In this document: in pieces, positions 54,580-64,000 of the stretch | Layout of the letters: each line of letters starts with the position of its first letter | Numbering within the stretch: the stretch's first letter is position 1 | DNA from: Clostridia bacterium | GTDB lineage: Bacteria > Bacillota > Clostridia > Christensenellales > CAG-138 | Length of the DNA: 64,000 nt | Reading direction: 5' to 3' | Assembly: GCA_017416425.1 (NCBI GenBank) | Contig: JAFQCL010000001.1 | Location: 14,291-78,290, forward strand | Position numbers and translations under genes: made by a program | Notes under the pieces: generated by a model | Told to the model about the DNA's origin: nothing | Databases searched by the model: none | Seen by the model: only the letters and a program-made list of their open reading frames with translations

Positions 54580-55962
54580 TTATGCATTGATCATAAAGGC
54601 GTGATATGCTCTTGCCGCCTCAAAGAGGTCTGCCTTTGAGATTATCTCCCAGGGAGCGTGCATGGAAAGTACCGCAACGCCGCTATCGATGACTTCCATT
54701 CCATATTCGGCGCATATGTAGGCGATGGTACCGCCGCCGCCCTGATCCACCTTGCCAAGCTCTGCCGTTTGGAAGCTGATATCGGCATCGTCCATTATTT
54801 TTCTGATCTTTCCGATGAACTCGGCGTTCGCGTCATTTGAGCCGCCCTTTCCGCGTGAACCGGTATACTTGTTGAAGCATACGCCCTTTCCGAGGAATGC
54901 GGTATTTTTGCGCTCAAACGCGCCTGCATAGATGGGATCAAAGCCTGCGCTTACATCGCATGAAAGCATGCGGCTGTTTGCGAGAGATCTTCTAACAAGA
55001 AGGTCGCTGTAATCGCCGGCCGCGTTTACAAGCTCCGCTACGGCATTTTCAAAGAAGCGGGACTTCATTCCTGTTGCGCCGGCAGAGCCTATCTCCTCCT
55101 TATCGACCAGCATACAGCAGCAGGTGTATTCAGGGGTCTTATCAAGCTTTAGTATGGCGTCCAGCGCGGCAAAAGCGCATACCCTATCGTCATGGCCATA
55201 GCCAAGTATCATGCTGCGGTCAAGTCCGAATTCACGGGTGTTTCCTGCCGGAACGACCTCTATCTCCGCGGAGAGGAAATCCTCCTCCTCAATGCCGTAT
55301 TTTTCAGCGAGTATGCCCATTATGGCTGCCTTTACGGGCTCTTTTTCTTCGCTTGAGAGCGGCTTTGAGCCAACGAGCAGATTAAGATCCTCGCCTTCTA
55401 TAACAACGGATGCCTTTTTTCCCATCTGATCCGCCGAAAGATGTATCAAAAGGTCGGATATGCCAACTACGGGATCGCTCATATCTTCGCCGATAACGAT
55501 ATTGACAGCGCTGCCATCCTTTTTTACGACTACGCCGTGCAGCGAAAGGGGAATGGTGACCCACTGATATTTTTTGATGCCGCCATAATAATGCGTATCA
55601 AGATAAGCAAAACCTCCATCCTCATACAGCGGATTTTGCTTAAGATCCATTCTGGGTGAGTCGATGTGCGCGCCGACGATGTTCATGCCGCTGCTAAGGG
55701 GCTTATTTCCTATATGAAAGAGCATAACAGCTTTGCCCATGCAGTTGAAATAAACCTTATCACCGGCCTGAAGCCTTCTGTTTTCGGCGGAAAAGTCCGT
55801 AAAATCAACATAACCGTTTTCACGAGCGATAATTATTGTATTATCTGTGCATTCACGCTCGGTCTTGCCCTTGTCAAGATACCTGCGGTAGTTTTCACAA
55901 AGCAGCTCAAGCGCCTTTTGCTGCTCATCATTATAGGTGTTCCAGGCGATTCTTCTTTCCAT
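54580..55962 (-). CDS. M18-family aminopeptidase
   Basis: 460 aa. GAHIDSPRMDLKQNP, GHDDRVC, DKEEIGS and SMHAP motifs, typical of M18/aspartyl aminopeptidase-like enzymes. Confidence 0.85.
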   Translation of the reverse strand: MERRIAWNTYNDEQQKALELLCENYRRYLDKGKTERECTDNTIIIARENGYVDFTDFSAENRRLQAGDKVYFNCMGKAVMLFHIGNKPLSSGMNIVGAHIDSPRMDLKQNPLYEDGGFAYLDTHYYGGIKKYQWVTIPLSLHGVVVKKDGSAVNIVIGEDMSDPVVGISDLLIHLSADQMGKKASVVIEGEDLNLLVGSKPLSSEEKEPVKAAIMGILAEKYGIEEEDFLSAEIEVVPAGNTREFGLDRSMILGYGHDDRVCAFAALDAILKLDKTPEYTCCCMLVDKEEIGSAGATGMKSRFFENAVAELVNAAGDYSDLLVRRSLANSRMLSCDVSAGFDPIYAGAFERKNTAFLGKGVCFNKYTGSRGKGGSNDANAEFIGKIRKIMDDADISFQTAELGKVDQGGGGTIAYICAEYGMEVIDSGVAVLSMHAPWEIISKADLFEAARAYHAFMINA

Positions 55963-56120
55963 TTGCTTCCTCCTTACAATAGGTACGTCTTAAGACTTCC
56001 TTTTAAGGCATTTTACCACTTTGCTTTATACATAAGGTGGGTATTGACAAATATATTTGTTTTAAATATAATTTGTCCTGATGATAATGCACGTAAAGCA
56101 TGAAAGAAAGGATTTGTTTT

Positions 56121-56768
56121 ATGAATAAAAAGCTGATTGCGTTTTTTCTTGCGGCTTTTATACTTCTTTTGCCTGCTTGTACCGATCCGGAGCCGGGTGT
56201 AATTGAATCTCCCAATGCGCTTCCAAAAGCTACCACTACTCCTTTTACCGCCGTTTCACTTATGTATTCCGTCTGGTATAACATGAGCCTTGAGGGTGGA
56301 GACATAAAAAGCTTTGAGTTTGGTCGCGATGACCTTGAGGGCTTTTCCCTTAAAGAGCCCGAGATCATAACCTCAAAGACCGGTGAATATGTGGATGGTG
56401 TTGAGCCTGTTACCGATTTTGATGCAATGGATGAGCTGCTTGGCATAAAGGACGCAAGGACTAAGCTGGTTGACGGCTCTGTAAGGTATGATAAGGACAC
56501 AAACGGTGAACTTGTGACCACTATACTTGTGCAGGTAAGGTATGATGTAAACCTTGAAGAGGTAAAGAGCGAGATGTTTGAATATTTCAAACAAAAGTAT
56601 GACGGAACAGGTACAAAATACGCAATGAGTCTCATCAGGTACAGTCGATATCTTATGCTTTCAATAGGTGGTATAGACGATGAAAATGCCGTATTTAAAG
56701 AGGCCGTAGCGGGTTTTGAAGCAAGATTTGTATATCCTCAGGGTACAGATACGCATATTTTTAAGTGA
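56121..56768 (+). CDS. Lipoprotein, unknown function
   Basis: ATG 56121. MNKKLIAFFLAAFILLLPAC lipobox. The antisense ORF 56003..56635 is judged spurious. Confidence 0.7.
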   Translation: MNKKLIAFFLAAFILLLPACTDPEPGVIESPNALPKATTTPFTAVSLMYSVWYNMSLEGGDIKSFEFGRDDLEGFSLKEPEIITSKTGEYVDGVEPVTDFDAMDELLGIKDARTKLVDGSVRYDKDTNGELVTTILVQVRYDVNLEEVKSEMFEYFKQKYDGTGTKYAMSLIRYSRYLMLSIGGIDDENAVFKEAVAGFEARFVYPQGTDTHIFK

Positions 56769-57075
56769 TAAATAGCTATAAAAGCAGGGGGCAATTATTT
56801 GCCCTCTTTTTCTACCCTTTACCGGTTTGGTAACGGACGATTCATAGCGGCACTTCACATGCCGCCGAGCGTGCTTTATTAAAGCGCATTGCTCTTATGT
56901 ATGAGATATTTATACTGCTATTGACAGTGTCATAAAAAAACTGTATTATATTAATACTTCCGCGCTTTTATAGCCCAAGATGCAGGATATTTTCACCGTC
57001 TGCTTTAAAAGGATATTATGCTGTAAAAGGCAGATGTATCATGCTCTTTAAAAGAAACAAGTATAGAGGTGTGTT

Positions 57076-59787
57076 ATGCAAAAACACTTAGGGTCTATAT
57101 GCTGCCTGATAGCTGTGATGCTTCTGATGGCGCTGTTTTTTGTTGAAGGTGCGGTTTTGGCCGAGCCTTCCTACGGCGCCGCAGAGGATGTGACAGATTT
57201 AGCAGTGATAGAGCTTTCAACAGGGAGCGGTGACTCAAGGGTAAGAGATGACGATCTTGAAAGCAAAAATACCCTTAACACAGGAGAATATGCAAAGGTA
57301 TCATTTGATTTTACCGCAGGTTATTTTTATTTTGAATGGTACTATATCCCAAATGGAGGCTATTTATTAATACAATTGGATGGTGACGATAATGTTATCA
57401 CCTCCGAAAGCTTTACAAGTGAGACCGGTTATTTAAACCACGGTATCGAGCTTTTGGAGGAAACAAGAGGCGTTATTATCGAATCGACAGGGGAAGGCGG
57501 AGCGCTTTCGACAATAAGGCTTTATTCTGCGGGTGAAAAGCCCAAGTCGCTTCAAATATGGAAACCCTCGGCAACAAAGACGGATCTGCTCATATTTTCG
57601 GCTCACCCCGATGATGAGCAATTGTTCTTTGGAACGGTTACACCCTTATATGCGGGCGAGCGCGGCTATTCCGCAGGTATTGTGTATATGTCGCACCAAA
57701 AGCGGCTGCGCCAGAGCGAAGCTATGGCCGGAATGTGGCTTTGCGGGCTTGATACGTATCCCACCTTTGCCGGATTTGTGGATAAATATTCCACGAACTT
57801 AGAGGATGCCATGGGCTTTTGGGGTGAAGAGAAGACGCTTGAATATGTTGTAGAGCAGCTCAGGCGCTATAAGCCGGAGGTGGTCGTCACGCATGACCCG
57901 GAGGGCGAATATGGTCATGGAGCGCACAGGCTTACAGCGGCTACTTTAAGAAAAGCCGTTGAGATAGCAAACGATCCCGAGCAATTTAAAAGCTCCGCCG
58001 ATGAATACGGCGTATGGCAGGTGAAAAAGCTCTATCTGCATATATACGGAGATAATCAGGTCGAATTGCCCTATGATGAGCCGCTTACCGCTTTTGATGG
58101 GAAAACAGCCTTTGAGATGGCCGTTTTGGGCTATGACTGCCATAAATCACAGCATCAGTATTGGTTTTATGTTTCAACCGATAATGAGTATAGTTGTGCG
58201 AAATTTGGCCTTGCTTATTCTACCGTTGGAGAGGACGTGCTTTTAAACGATCTGTTTGAGAACATACCCGAAAGCGCGCTTTCAACATATGTTCCTCCAA
58301 CGCCCGAGCCTACGCCTACCCCGACGCCTACCCCGATCATTACAGAGGCGCCTACGCCGGAGCCGACCCCCACGCCGACTTTGACCGTAGATGTCATACA
58401 AACATTACCACCAGCGGAGGAAAAACCCATTTTGAATTCTAAAAACGCACTGCGCATAGGCGCACTTATAATAGGTGTTATAACAAGTATCGCCCTGTTC
58501 TTTATCGCATTCTTCAGGATCGCGAAAAAATCAAGGGTATTTGCAGCGATAGTATGCCTTATCCCCATGCTGGCGGGAATTTTGGTATTCTTTACCGCAT
58601 GCCAGCCGGGAGGAATTGAGCCTGTGGTCACGCTTGAACCGATAATGACCGAGGAGCCAACGGTTGAGATCACGCTTGCCCCTACCATCGCAGTGACCCC
58701 AACGCTTGAGCCTACTCCCGAGCCCACCCCTACAGAGGAACCCCACCCTTGGGCGGAGTTTTTCATAAACGACTCAAATAGAGATCAGGTTAATGAATAC
58801 GGAGAGATAATCGTAGTGGATGCTGAAAACAATCACTGGGAATATCGAACCGATAAGCTTTCTGTGATAATTTCCAGGGTTGTAGACCCCAAAAAGCCGC
58901 TTGTGTATGTGGTGGCTCATATACGAATGCTCGAGGAGAACGCATTTTACTCCGGCTTCGCAACGGATGAAGAGAATGGCACCTCACGTCTTTGGCCGCA
59001 CAAGTTCTGCCGCAGATACGGCGCTGTTTTGGGTATAACCGGCGATAACCTTATAAATAATGAGGTAGAGCTGAAGGGTATACTTATTCGAAATGGACGT
59101 ATATACTCCAGGGGAGGCGATGACCCCGCCGATACGATGGCCATGATGCCCGATATGACCATGCAGATATTTAAGCCCGGTGAGGTGACAGCGGATGAGC
59201 TGCTTGAGATGGGCGTGCGTGATACTTTCTCATTTGGTCCGACCCTAATAGAGGGTGGCGAGATCAATCCGAACGTTGAAAAGAGCAGGGTAAACCATGT
59301 AAATCCGCGCTGCGGCATTGGAATGGTAGAGCCCGGACATTTTGTTGCCGTAACTGTTGACGGTCGTCAAACGGGCTATAGCCGCGGCCTTTGGATGAAA
59401 GAGTTTGCTGAGCTGATGCTTAACCTTGGCTGCACCGTTGCCTATAATCTGGATGGCGGTGACAGCACACAAATGGTATTTTTGGGCGAATGCTTGAACC
59501 GTCACATTGGACTTATCGGCTATGATACTCAGCGTTATTGGCCCGATGGACTGCTTTGGGGCGTATCGCCTTCTGTTCCCGGCGTTGACGATCCGGTTTA
59601 CTATAATGGAAACAATAATGTGCCGGCTATAACTATGAGCCCCTCGCCTGCGCCGGATCCAACGCCGACCGACAGCGATCCTACGCAGGTTCCTGATCCT
59701 ACACAGTATCCGGATCCCACGCAGGCTCCCGGCCCCACCCCTGATCCGCCCGATCCTACTCAGGCTCCGGCGGATCCCACACCGTAA
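57076..59787 (+). CDS. Large envelope protein: signal peptide, N-terminal module, PIG-L/LmbE-type deacetylase, Pro/Thr linker, two TM helices, phosphodiester glycosidase (DUF2233/NAGPA-like), DPTQ repeats
   Basis: PIG-L motif FSAHPDDEQLFFG plus HDPEGEYGHGAH. Second-half motifs GITGDN, NPRCGIG and AYNLDGGDS resemble phosphodiester glycosidases. Internal lipobox FFTAC at aa 505-509. Confidence 0.8.
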   Translation: MQKHLGSICCLIAVMLLMALFFVEGAVLAEPSYGAAEDVTDLAVIELSTGSGDSRVRDDDLESKNTLNTGEYAKVSFDFTAGYFYFEWYYIPNGGYLLIQLDGDDNVITSESFTSETGYLNHGIELLEETRGVIIESTGEGGALSTIRLYSAGEKPKSLQIWKPSATKTDLLIFSAHPDDEQLFFGTVTPLYAGERGYSAGIVYMSHQKRLRQSEAMAGMWLCGLDTYPTFAGFVDKYSTNLEDAMGFWGEEKTLEYVVEQLRRYKPEVVVTHDPEGEYGHGAHRLTAATLRKAVEIANDPEQFKSSADEYGVWQVKKLYLHIYGDNQVELPYDEPLTAFDGKTAFEMAVLGYDCHKSQHQYWFYVSTDNEYSCAKFGLAYSTVGEDVLLNDLFENIPESALSTYVPPTPEPTPTPTPTPIITEAPTPEPTPTPTLTVDVIQTLPPAEEKPILNSKNALRIGALIIGVITSIALFFIAFFRIAKKSRVFAAIVCLIPMLAGILVFFTACQPGGIEPVVTLEPIMTEEPTVEITLAPTIAVTPTLEPTPEPTPTEEPHPWAEFFINDSNRDQVNEYGEIIVVDAENNHWEYRTDKLSVIISRVVDPKKPLVYVVAHIRMLEENAFYSGFATDEENGTSRLWPHKFCRRYGAVLGITGDNLINNEVELKGILIRNGRIYSRGGDDPADTMAMMPDMTMQIFKPGEVTADELLEMGVRDTFSFGPTLIEGGEINPNVEKSRVNHVNPRCGIGMVEPGHFVAVTVDGRQTGYSRGLWMKEFAELMLNLGCTVAYNLDGGDSTQMVFLGECLNRHIGLIGYDTQRYWPDGLLWGVSPSVPGVDDPVYYNGNNNVPAITMSPSPAPDPTPTDSDPTQVPDPTQYPDPTQAPGPTPDPPDPTQAPADPTP
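59677..59769. repeat. 18-bp in-frame repeat encoding DPTQxP (3 tandem units plus 1)
   Basis: Units at 59677, 59695 and 59713, and again at 59752 (gatcc[tc]ac[gat]cag...). Confidence 0.7.
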
Positions 59788-59966
59788 TAAGACAAACTTT
59801 TAGGACTTATAAACTAATTTTTTGCATTACCGGATATTTGAACGCGGCTTACTGTAAGGGCCCACTAAAACCTATGGGCCTTTAAATAGAATAAAACATG
59901 GTAAGATTTTTTGAAACTAATAAAGTATTACTCCCGGAAGGGTAAATAGTGCTTTTTAAATATACT

Positions 59967-60007
59967 AAAAAACGCCTGTTGAGGATATCTCTCAAAGGCG
60001 CTTTTTT
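59967..60007. terminator. Bidirectional terminator between the envelope gene and tsf
   Basis: cgcct...aggcg outer stem plus ttgagg/tctcaa inner stem. A6 upstream and T6 downstream. Confidence 0.75.
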
Positions 60008-60016
60008 AAAAAATAT

Positions 60017-60676
60017 TTATTTATTAATTTGGCTCATTACTTCATCTGCGAAGTTGTCCTGACGCTTGGTAAGACCTTCACCCATTTCATAGCGTACAAA
60101 ACGGCGAACGCTTATCTTCTCGCCGATCCTTGCGATCGCTTCGTTGATTATCTGCTGGATGGTCTTCTCGGGATCCTTTACAAAGGGCTGCTCAAGCAGG
60201 CAAACCTCTTTGTAATACTTCTCAATACGGCCTTCGACCATCTTCTCAATGATCGCTGCCGGCTTGGGCTTAGGCTCGTTCATAGCCTGAGCGCGAAGTA
60301 TCTCCCTCTCCTTATCAAGCTCAGCCTGGTCAACTTCTTCACGAGCAATGCAAGTGGGCTTTGCAGCCGCAATGTGCATAGCTATATCATGTACGAGGTT
60401 CTTAAAGTCATCGGTCTTTGCGACAAAGTCAGTTTCACAATTGACCTCAATAAGAACGCCTATCTTACCGCCAAGGTGAATATAGGAATCTACGATACCC
60501 TCAGCCGCAATGCGGGAAGCTTTCTTTGCGCCTGCCGCAAGGCTCTTCTCGCGAAGATAATCCATAGCTTTTTCCATATCGCCATCGCACTCTACCATGG
60601 CCTTTTTGCAATCCATCATGCCCGCGCCGCTCATTTCACGCAGTGTCATTACATCTTTAGCTGTAAAAGCTGCCAT
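60017..60676 (-). CDS. tsf: Translation elongation factor Ts (short, ~219-aa form)
   Basis: UBA-like N-terminus [19 protein letters not shown]-type and core [21 protein letters not shown]. Immediately downstream of rpsB. Confidence 0.95.
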   Translation of the reverse strand: MAAFTAKDVMTLREMSGAGMMDCKKAMVECDGDMEKAMDYLREKSLAAGAKKASRIAAEGIVDSYIHLGGKIGVLIEVNCETDFVAKTDDFKNLVHDIAMHIAAAKPTCIAREEVDQAELDKEREILRAQAMNEPKPKPAAIIEKMVEGRIEKYYKEVCLLEQPFVKDPEKTIQQIINEAIARIGEKISVRRFVRYEMGEGLTKRQDNFADEVMSQINK

Positions 60677-60706
60677 TGCTTAATCCTCCTGTTATCCTTT
60701 TATCAA

Positions 60707-61453
60707 TTAAAACTCGTCAGCTTCGCCTTCAGAGTCCTCTGCCTGAACTTCCTCAGCATCTGACATCTGCTCACCCTGTCTGCCCGCGATTATAGCATCC
60801 GCCATGGTACCTGCAATAAGCTTGACTGCGCGAATAGCGTCATCGTTGCCGGGGATCACATAATCGACCTCATCGGGATCACAGTTGGTGTCAACTATCG
60901 CTACGATCGGAATATGAAGAGCCTTTGCTTCAAGCACTGCAATGTGCTCCTTCCTCGGGTCTACGATAAAGAGCGCATCGGGAAGCTTCTTCATCTCTCT
61001 GATACCGCCGAGGTTCTTTTCAAGCTTTTCATGCTCCGCGCGAAGGCCGATTACTTCCTTCTTGGGGAGAAGCTCAAAATCACCGTCCTGCTCCATCTTC
61101 TCGATCTGACGAAGCCTTGCGATACGGGTCTGGATAGTCTTAAAGTTTGTAAGCATGCCGCCCAGCCAGCGCTGGTTTACATAATACATGCCGCTGCGCT
61201 TTGCTTCCTGCTCTATGGATTCCTGTGCCTGCTTCTTTGTGCCCACAAAAAGCACAGTGCCGCCGTTTGCGGAGAGCTCCTGAATGAACGCATAAGCCTC
61301 TTCGACCTTTTTTACGGTCTTTTGAAGGTCGATGATGAAGATGCCGGTACGCTCGGTGAAGATATATTCCTTCATCTTGGGGTTCCAGCGGCTTGTGCGG
61401 TGACCGAAATGTACTCCTGCCTCGAGGAGCTGCTTCATTGAAATAACTGACAT
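60707..61453 (-). CDS. rpsB: 30S ribosomal protein S2
   Basis: [22 protein letters not shown]...[10 protein letters not shown]. Acidic C-terminal tail. Confidence 0.95.
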   Translation of the reverse strand: MSVISMKQLLEAGVHFGHRTSRWNPKMKEYIFTERTGIFIIDLQKTVKKVEEAYAFIQELSANGGTVLFVGTKKQAQESIEQEAKRSGMYYVNQRWLGGMLTNFKTIQTRIARLRQIEKMEQDGDFELLPKKEVIGLRAEHEKLEKNLGGIREMKKLPDALFIVDPRKEHIAVLEAKALHIPIVAIVDTNCDPDEVDYVIPGNDDAIRAVKLIAGTMADAIIAGRQGEQMSDAEEVQAEDSEGEADEF

Positions 61454-61777
61454 ATTATGCCTCCTTGTTTTATTCCACCCTGCACGTCATTTCTCACGAA
61501 AAACCCCTTAAAAAGGGGCAAACATTCCGCAAAATCGGTACAGGTGTGTTTTTACGGTGAATTATATCACGGCTTTTTCTTCCTTGCAAGCGTTTTTTCT
61601 CAATATATTCCGCGTATTTTTGCTTTTTTAAGGGCATTATTTTCTCTGTTGCTTTTTGACGGTTATTATATAATTATCCCCCATAAAGATTCTTGGATGT
61701 GCTATCGGTCAATGGAAACGGCTTTGCAAGGTTATACATTTTTAGCGAAGACGGCTAGGGCAAAAGCCCAATTGGGG

Positions 61778-61797
61778 CTCGGGGGAAAGCCCCCGAG
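61778..61797 (-). terminator. Possible terminator hairpin after spoIVB
   Basis: ctcggggg-aaag-cccccgag, 35 nt past the stop. Lacks an immediate T-run. Confidence 0.35.
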
Positions 61798-61830
61798 TAA
61801 AAATCAATTTGAAATAGGTCTTGTAAAGTC

Positions 61831-63063
61831 TTACGCTGCTTTCATAGCGCCTTGTGTTATTTCGCTGTACATCCACCAGGCGTAAAGACAGTATCCTTTG
61901 GCAGGCTCGTTTATGATAACATGCGTTATAACGCCGATGAGCTTGCCATCTTGGATTATAGGTGATCCGCTCATTCCCTGTACGATGCCGCCCGTAAGTT
62001 CAAGCAGCTCCTTATCCGTTATTTCGACTATCATACTGCGTGGGCTCACTGTATTTTGCCGAAATACCTTAATTATGCGGCAATCATACTCTTGTATGCT
62101 GCCTTCGCTTATACCTGAAAGCAATATTGCATCGCCGGTATGCGCTTCCTCCGGATATCCAAGAGCTATACCGTCTTTATACAGCGGATTTACCCAATTC
62201 GCCGTAAAGCTTCCATAAGTACCGGTATCAGAACACCATTTTATATCTCCCAGCAAATTATCGTTTTTGGAAAATACACCCTGAATTTCTCCCGGTACGC
62301 CTCTTGTACTCCTTGTAATGCCTATTACATCTCCCAGGTTAAGCGTTCCGCCTGCTGCGGATATAGTAACGCCGGTATCGGAATCTTTTATGCCGTGACC
62401 CAAAGATGCAAAAAAGCCTTCCTCTGTGACAAAGCTAAGCGTACCCAATCCCGCAGTATCATCACGTACCCAAATCCCCAGCTTGTATACGCCATCTCGG
62501 ACATCCCTTTCAGGCATTATATCCAGTGTGATCTCATCGCCATTTCTTACTATTCTAAGCTCAACCTTCTGGCTGCCTGAAAAACTGCTAAGATGTGCTG
62601 CATCTCGAAGAGCTTCGCCATTCGCGGCAATTATTATATCGCCTTGAAGAATACCTGCTTCTTTAGCCGGTGAAATGCTTCCGTCATCGGTCTGAACTTC
62701 ACCAAAGCCCACGACCAGAATTCCATCCGTGAGTACATGAAGCCCCACTATACTTCCACCGGGCATCACCTTTACATCCTCCCGCTTTTTAAGCTGTACT
62801 TTTTTGACCGTTAGCTCTTGGAACAGCTTAATATCTAAAACAGCTTCGCCCGTAGCTTCAAACAGGCTTTGATCAAAGCTATGGGATGCAGATACGCTCT
62901 CATCTAAGGCTTTAAGAGCACCATCCTCGCCATCTTCATATATATAAATAGTATCGGGCAGGCTGCGAAGCCATGTCATATCGCTTCCAAGATTATAAAG
63001 GCAGAGCACCGCGCATATAAGCGCTCCAAGAAGCTTCATAAGTCTGACTTTTGTTTTTACCAT
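61831..63063 (-). CDS. spoIVB: SpoIVB peptidase (S55), sporulation signalling protease
   Basis: N-terminal TM, PDZ-like segment (GILQGDIIIAANGE), catalytic Ser context GMSGSPIIQDGKLIGVITHV. 410 aa. Confidence 0.85.
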   Translation of the reverse strand: MVKTKVRLMKLLGALICAVLCLYNLGSDMTWLRSLPDTIYIYEDGEDGALKALDESVSASHSFDQSLFEATGEAVLDIKLFQELTVKKVQLKKREDVKVMPGGSIVGLHVLTDGILVVGFGEVQTDDGSISPAKEAGILQGDIIIAANGEALRDAAHLSSFSGSQKVELRIVRNGDEITLDIMPERDVRDGVYKLGIWVRDDTAGLGTLSFVTEEGFFASLGHGIKDSDTGVTISAAGGTLNLGDVIGITRSTRGVPGEIQGVFSKNDNLLGDIKWCSDTGTYGSFTANWVNPLYKDGIALGYPEEAHTGDAILLSGISEGSIQEYDCRIIKVFRQNTVSPRSMIVEITDKELLELTGGIVQGMSGSPIIQDGKLIGVITHVIINEPAKGYCLYAWWMYSEITQGAMKAA

Positions 63064-63242
63064 AATAACCCCCTAAGGCAGAATTGTCATAATATACCTC
63101 ATTTAAAAATAACAAATCCTACCATTTCATATTTAAAGCGGCAAACGCACATACTTAGTGTGACGTGATATCGCTTTTGCTATCAAATTTTAATTTGCTA
63201 AATTGTGTAACGCAGCTTTAAAATACCGATTTATTATGCCCA

Positions 63243-63270
63243 TTGACAACAAAAAAATGCATGGTAAAAT
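63243..63270 (+). promoter_or_regulatory. Putative promoter of deoB
   Basis: TTGACA (63243-63248), 16-nt spacer ending in TGG (extended -10), TAAAAT (63265-63270). Confidence 0.5.
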
Positions 63271-63311
63271 TTGAAAGTAAGTATAAAGCCTTATTTTGGA
63301 GGATTCTTTTT

Positions 63312-64000
63312 ATGCAAAAAAGGGTCATATTGATAGTTCTTGACAGCGTGGGAATAGGCGAGCTGCCAGATAGCGCTGATTTTAACGACCGGGGATCTCA
63401 TACTCTTGGCAATATATGCGCTGCATTAGGAAACCTTAGACTTGATAATCTCTATTCGCTTGGGCTTTCAAGGATAGAGGGAGCAAAGCTTCCAGCTTAT
63501 AGCGCCCCGATTTTTGGCGCATATGGGCGTGCCATGGAAAAGACGCTTGCCAAAGATACAACAAGCGGACACTGGGAGATGTGTGGATTGATACTTGATA
63601 AACCCTTTTCTGTATTTGAAAAAGGCTTTCCCGCTTCGCTCATATCGGAATTTGAAGCTAAGATAGAAAGAGGCGTGCTTGGAAATGAAGTCGCCTCTGG
63701 AACCGAGATAATCGCAAGGCTTGGCGATGAGCACGTCCGCACAAGAAAACCGATAGTATATACTTCTGCCGACAGCGTATTTCAAATAGCCGCTCACGAG
63801 GACATAATACCGCTTGATGAGCTGTATGAAATGTGCAAAACAGCACGCCTTATGCTGAATAAAGAATATAGGGTGGGGCGTGTTATAGCAAGACCCTTTA
63901 AGGGCGAAAGCGGCAGCTATTTCCGTACCGAAAACAGAAGGGATTATTCCATGGAGCCTCCGTCTCAGACCATACTCGATGCTCTGACGGATAAGGGATA
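63312..64000 (+). CDS. deoB: Phosphopentomutase (partial; runs off the window end)
   Basis: MQKRVILIVLDSVGIGELPDS...DTTSGHWEM...VYTSADSVFQIAAHE is typical of DeoB. Absent from the ORF track because no stop is reached. Confidence 0.9.
   Translation, partial: MQKRVILIVLDSVGIGELPDSADFNDRGSHTLGNICAALGNLRLDNLYSLGLSRIEGAKLPAYSAPIFGAYGRAMEKTLAKDTTSGHWEMCGLILDKPFSVFEKGFPASLISEFEAKIERGVLGNEVASGTEIIARLGDEHVRTRKPIVYTSADSVFQIAAHEDIIPLDELYEMCKTARLMLNKEYRVGRVIARPFKGESGSYFRTENRRDYSMEPPSQTILDALTDKG

Overview
64-kb chromosomal window from a low/mid-GC Firmicute, very likely a spore-forming member of Clostridia. The evidence is spoIVB, a T-box leader on metG, AddA and many lipobox proteins; any finer taxon is inference. 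Most of the window is housekeeping or ordinary accessory metabolism. This includes deoC, potABCD with an XRE-cupin regulator, metG, an Rrf2-nifS-nifU operon, pfk, a two-component system, addA, two tRNA-Met genes, an ADH, YyaL, an M18 aminopeptidase, tsf-rpsB, spoIVB and partial deoB. No transposase, integrase, CRISPR array, rRNA or recognisable defence gene is visible. The region most worth a second look is 25.7-36.1 kb. It is a same-strand island of about 14 tightly packed genes. They encode six zinc-ribbon (CxxC...CxxC) proteins: three soluble, one type I membrane protein with a cytosolic ribbon, and two with an N-terminal ribbon plus TM helices. These are interleaved with a birth-and-death family of lipoproteins that share a nucleotide-conserved signal peptide and linker. 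At least two family members are visibly decaying. The island is transcribed divergently from a membrane-anchored LuxR-type regulator plus an orphan solute-binding lipoprotein, and I recognise no enzymatic domain in it. Other candidates are: (i) a sigma-less partner-switching module in which a LytS-5TM/HAMP sensor carries both a PP2C phosphatase and an RsbW-like kinase; (ii) a DUF1538 membrane protein paired with a tandem P-II-like protein; and (iii) a 903-aa envelope protein that looks like a fusion of a PIG-L deacetylase and a phosphodiester glycosidase, with a fossil lipoprotein signal peptide in the middle. All family assignments rest on motifs read by eye. No database search was run.
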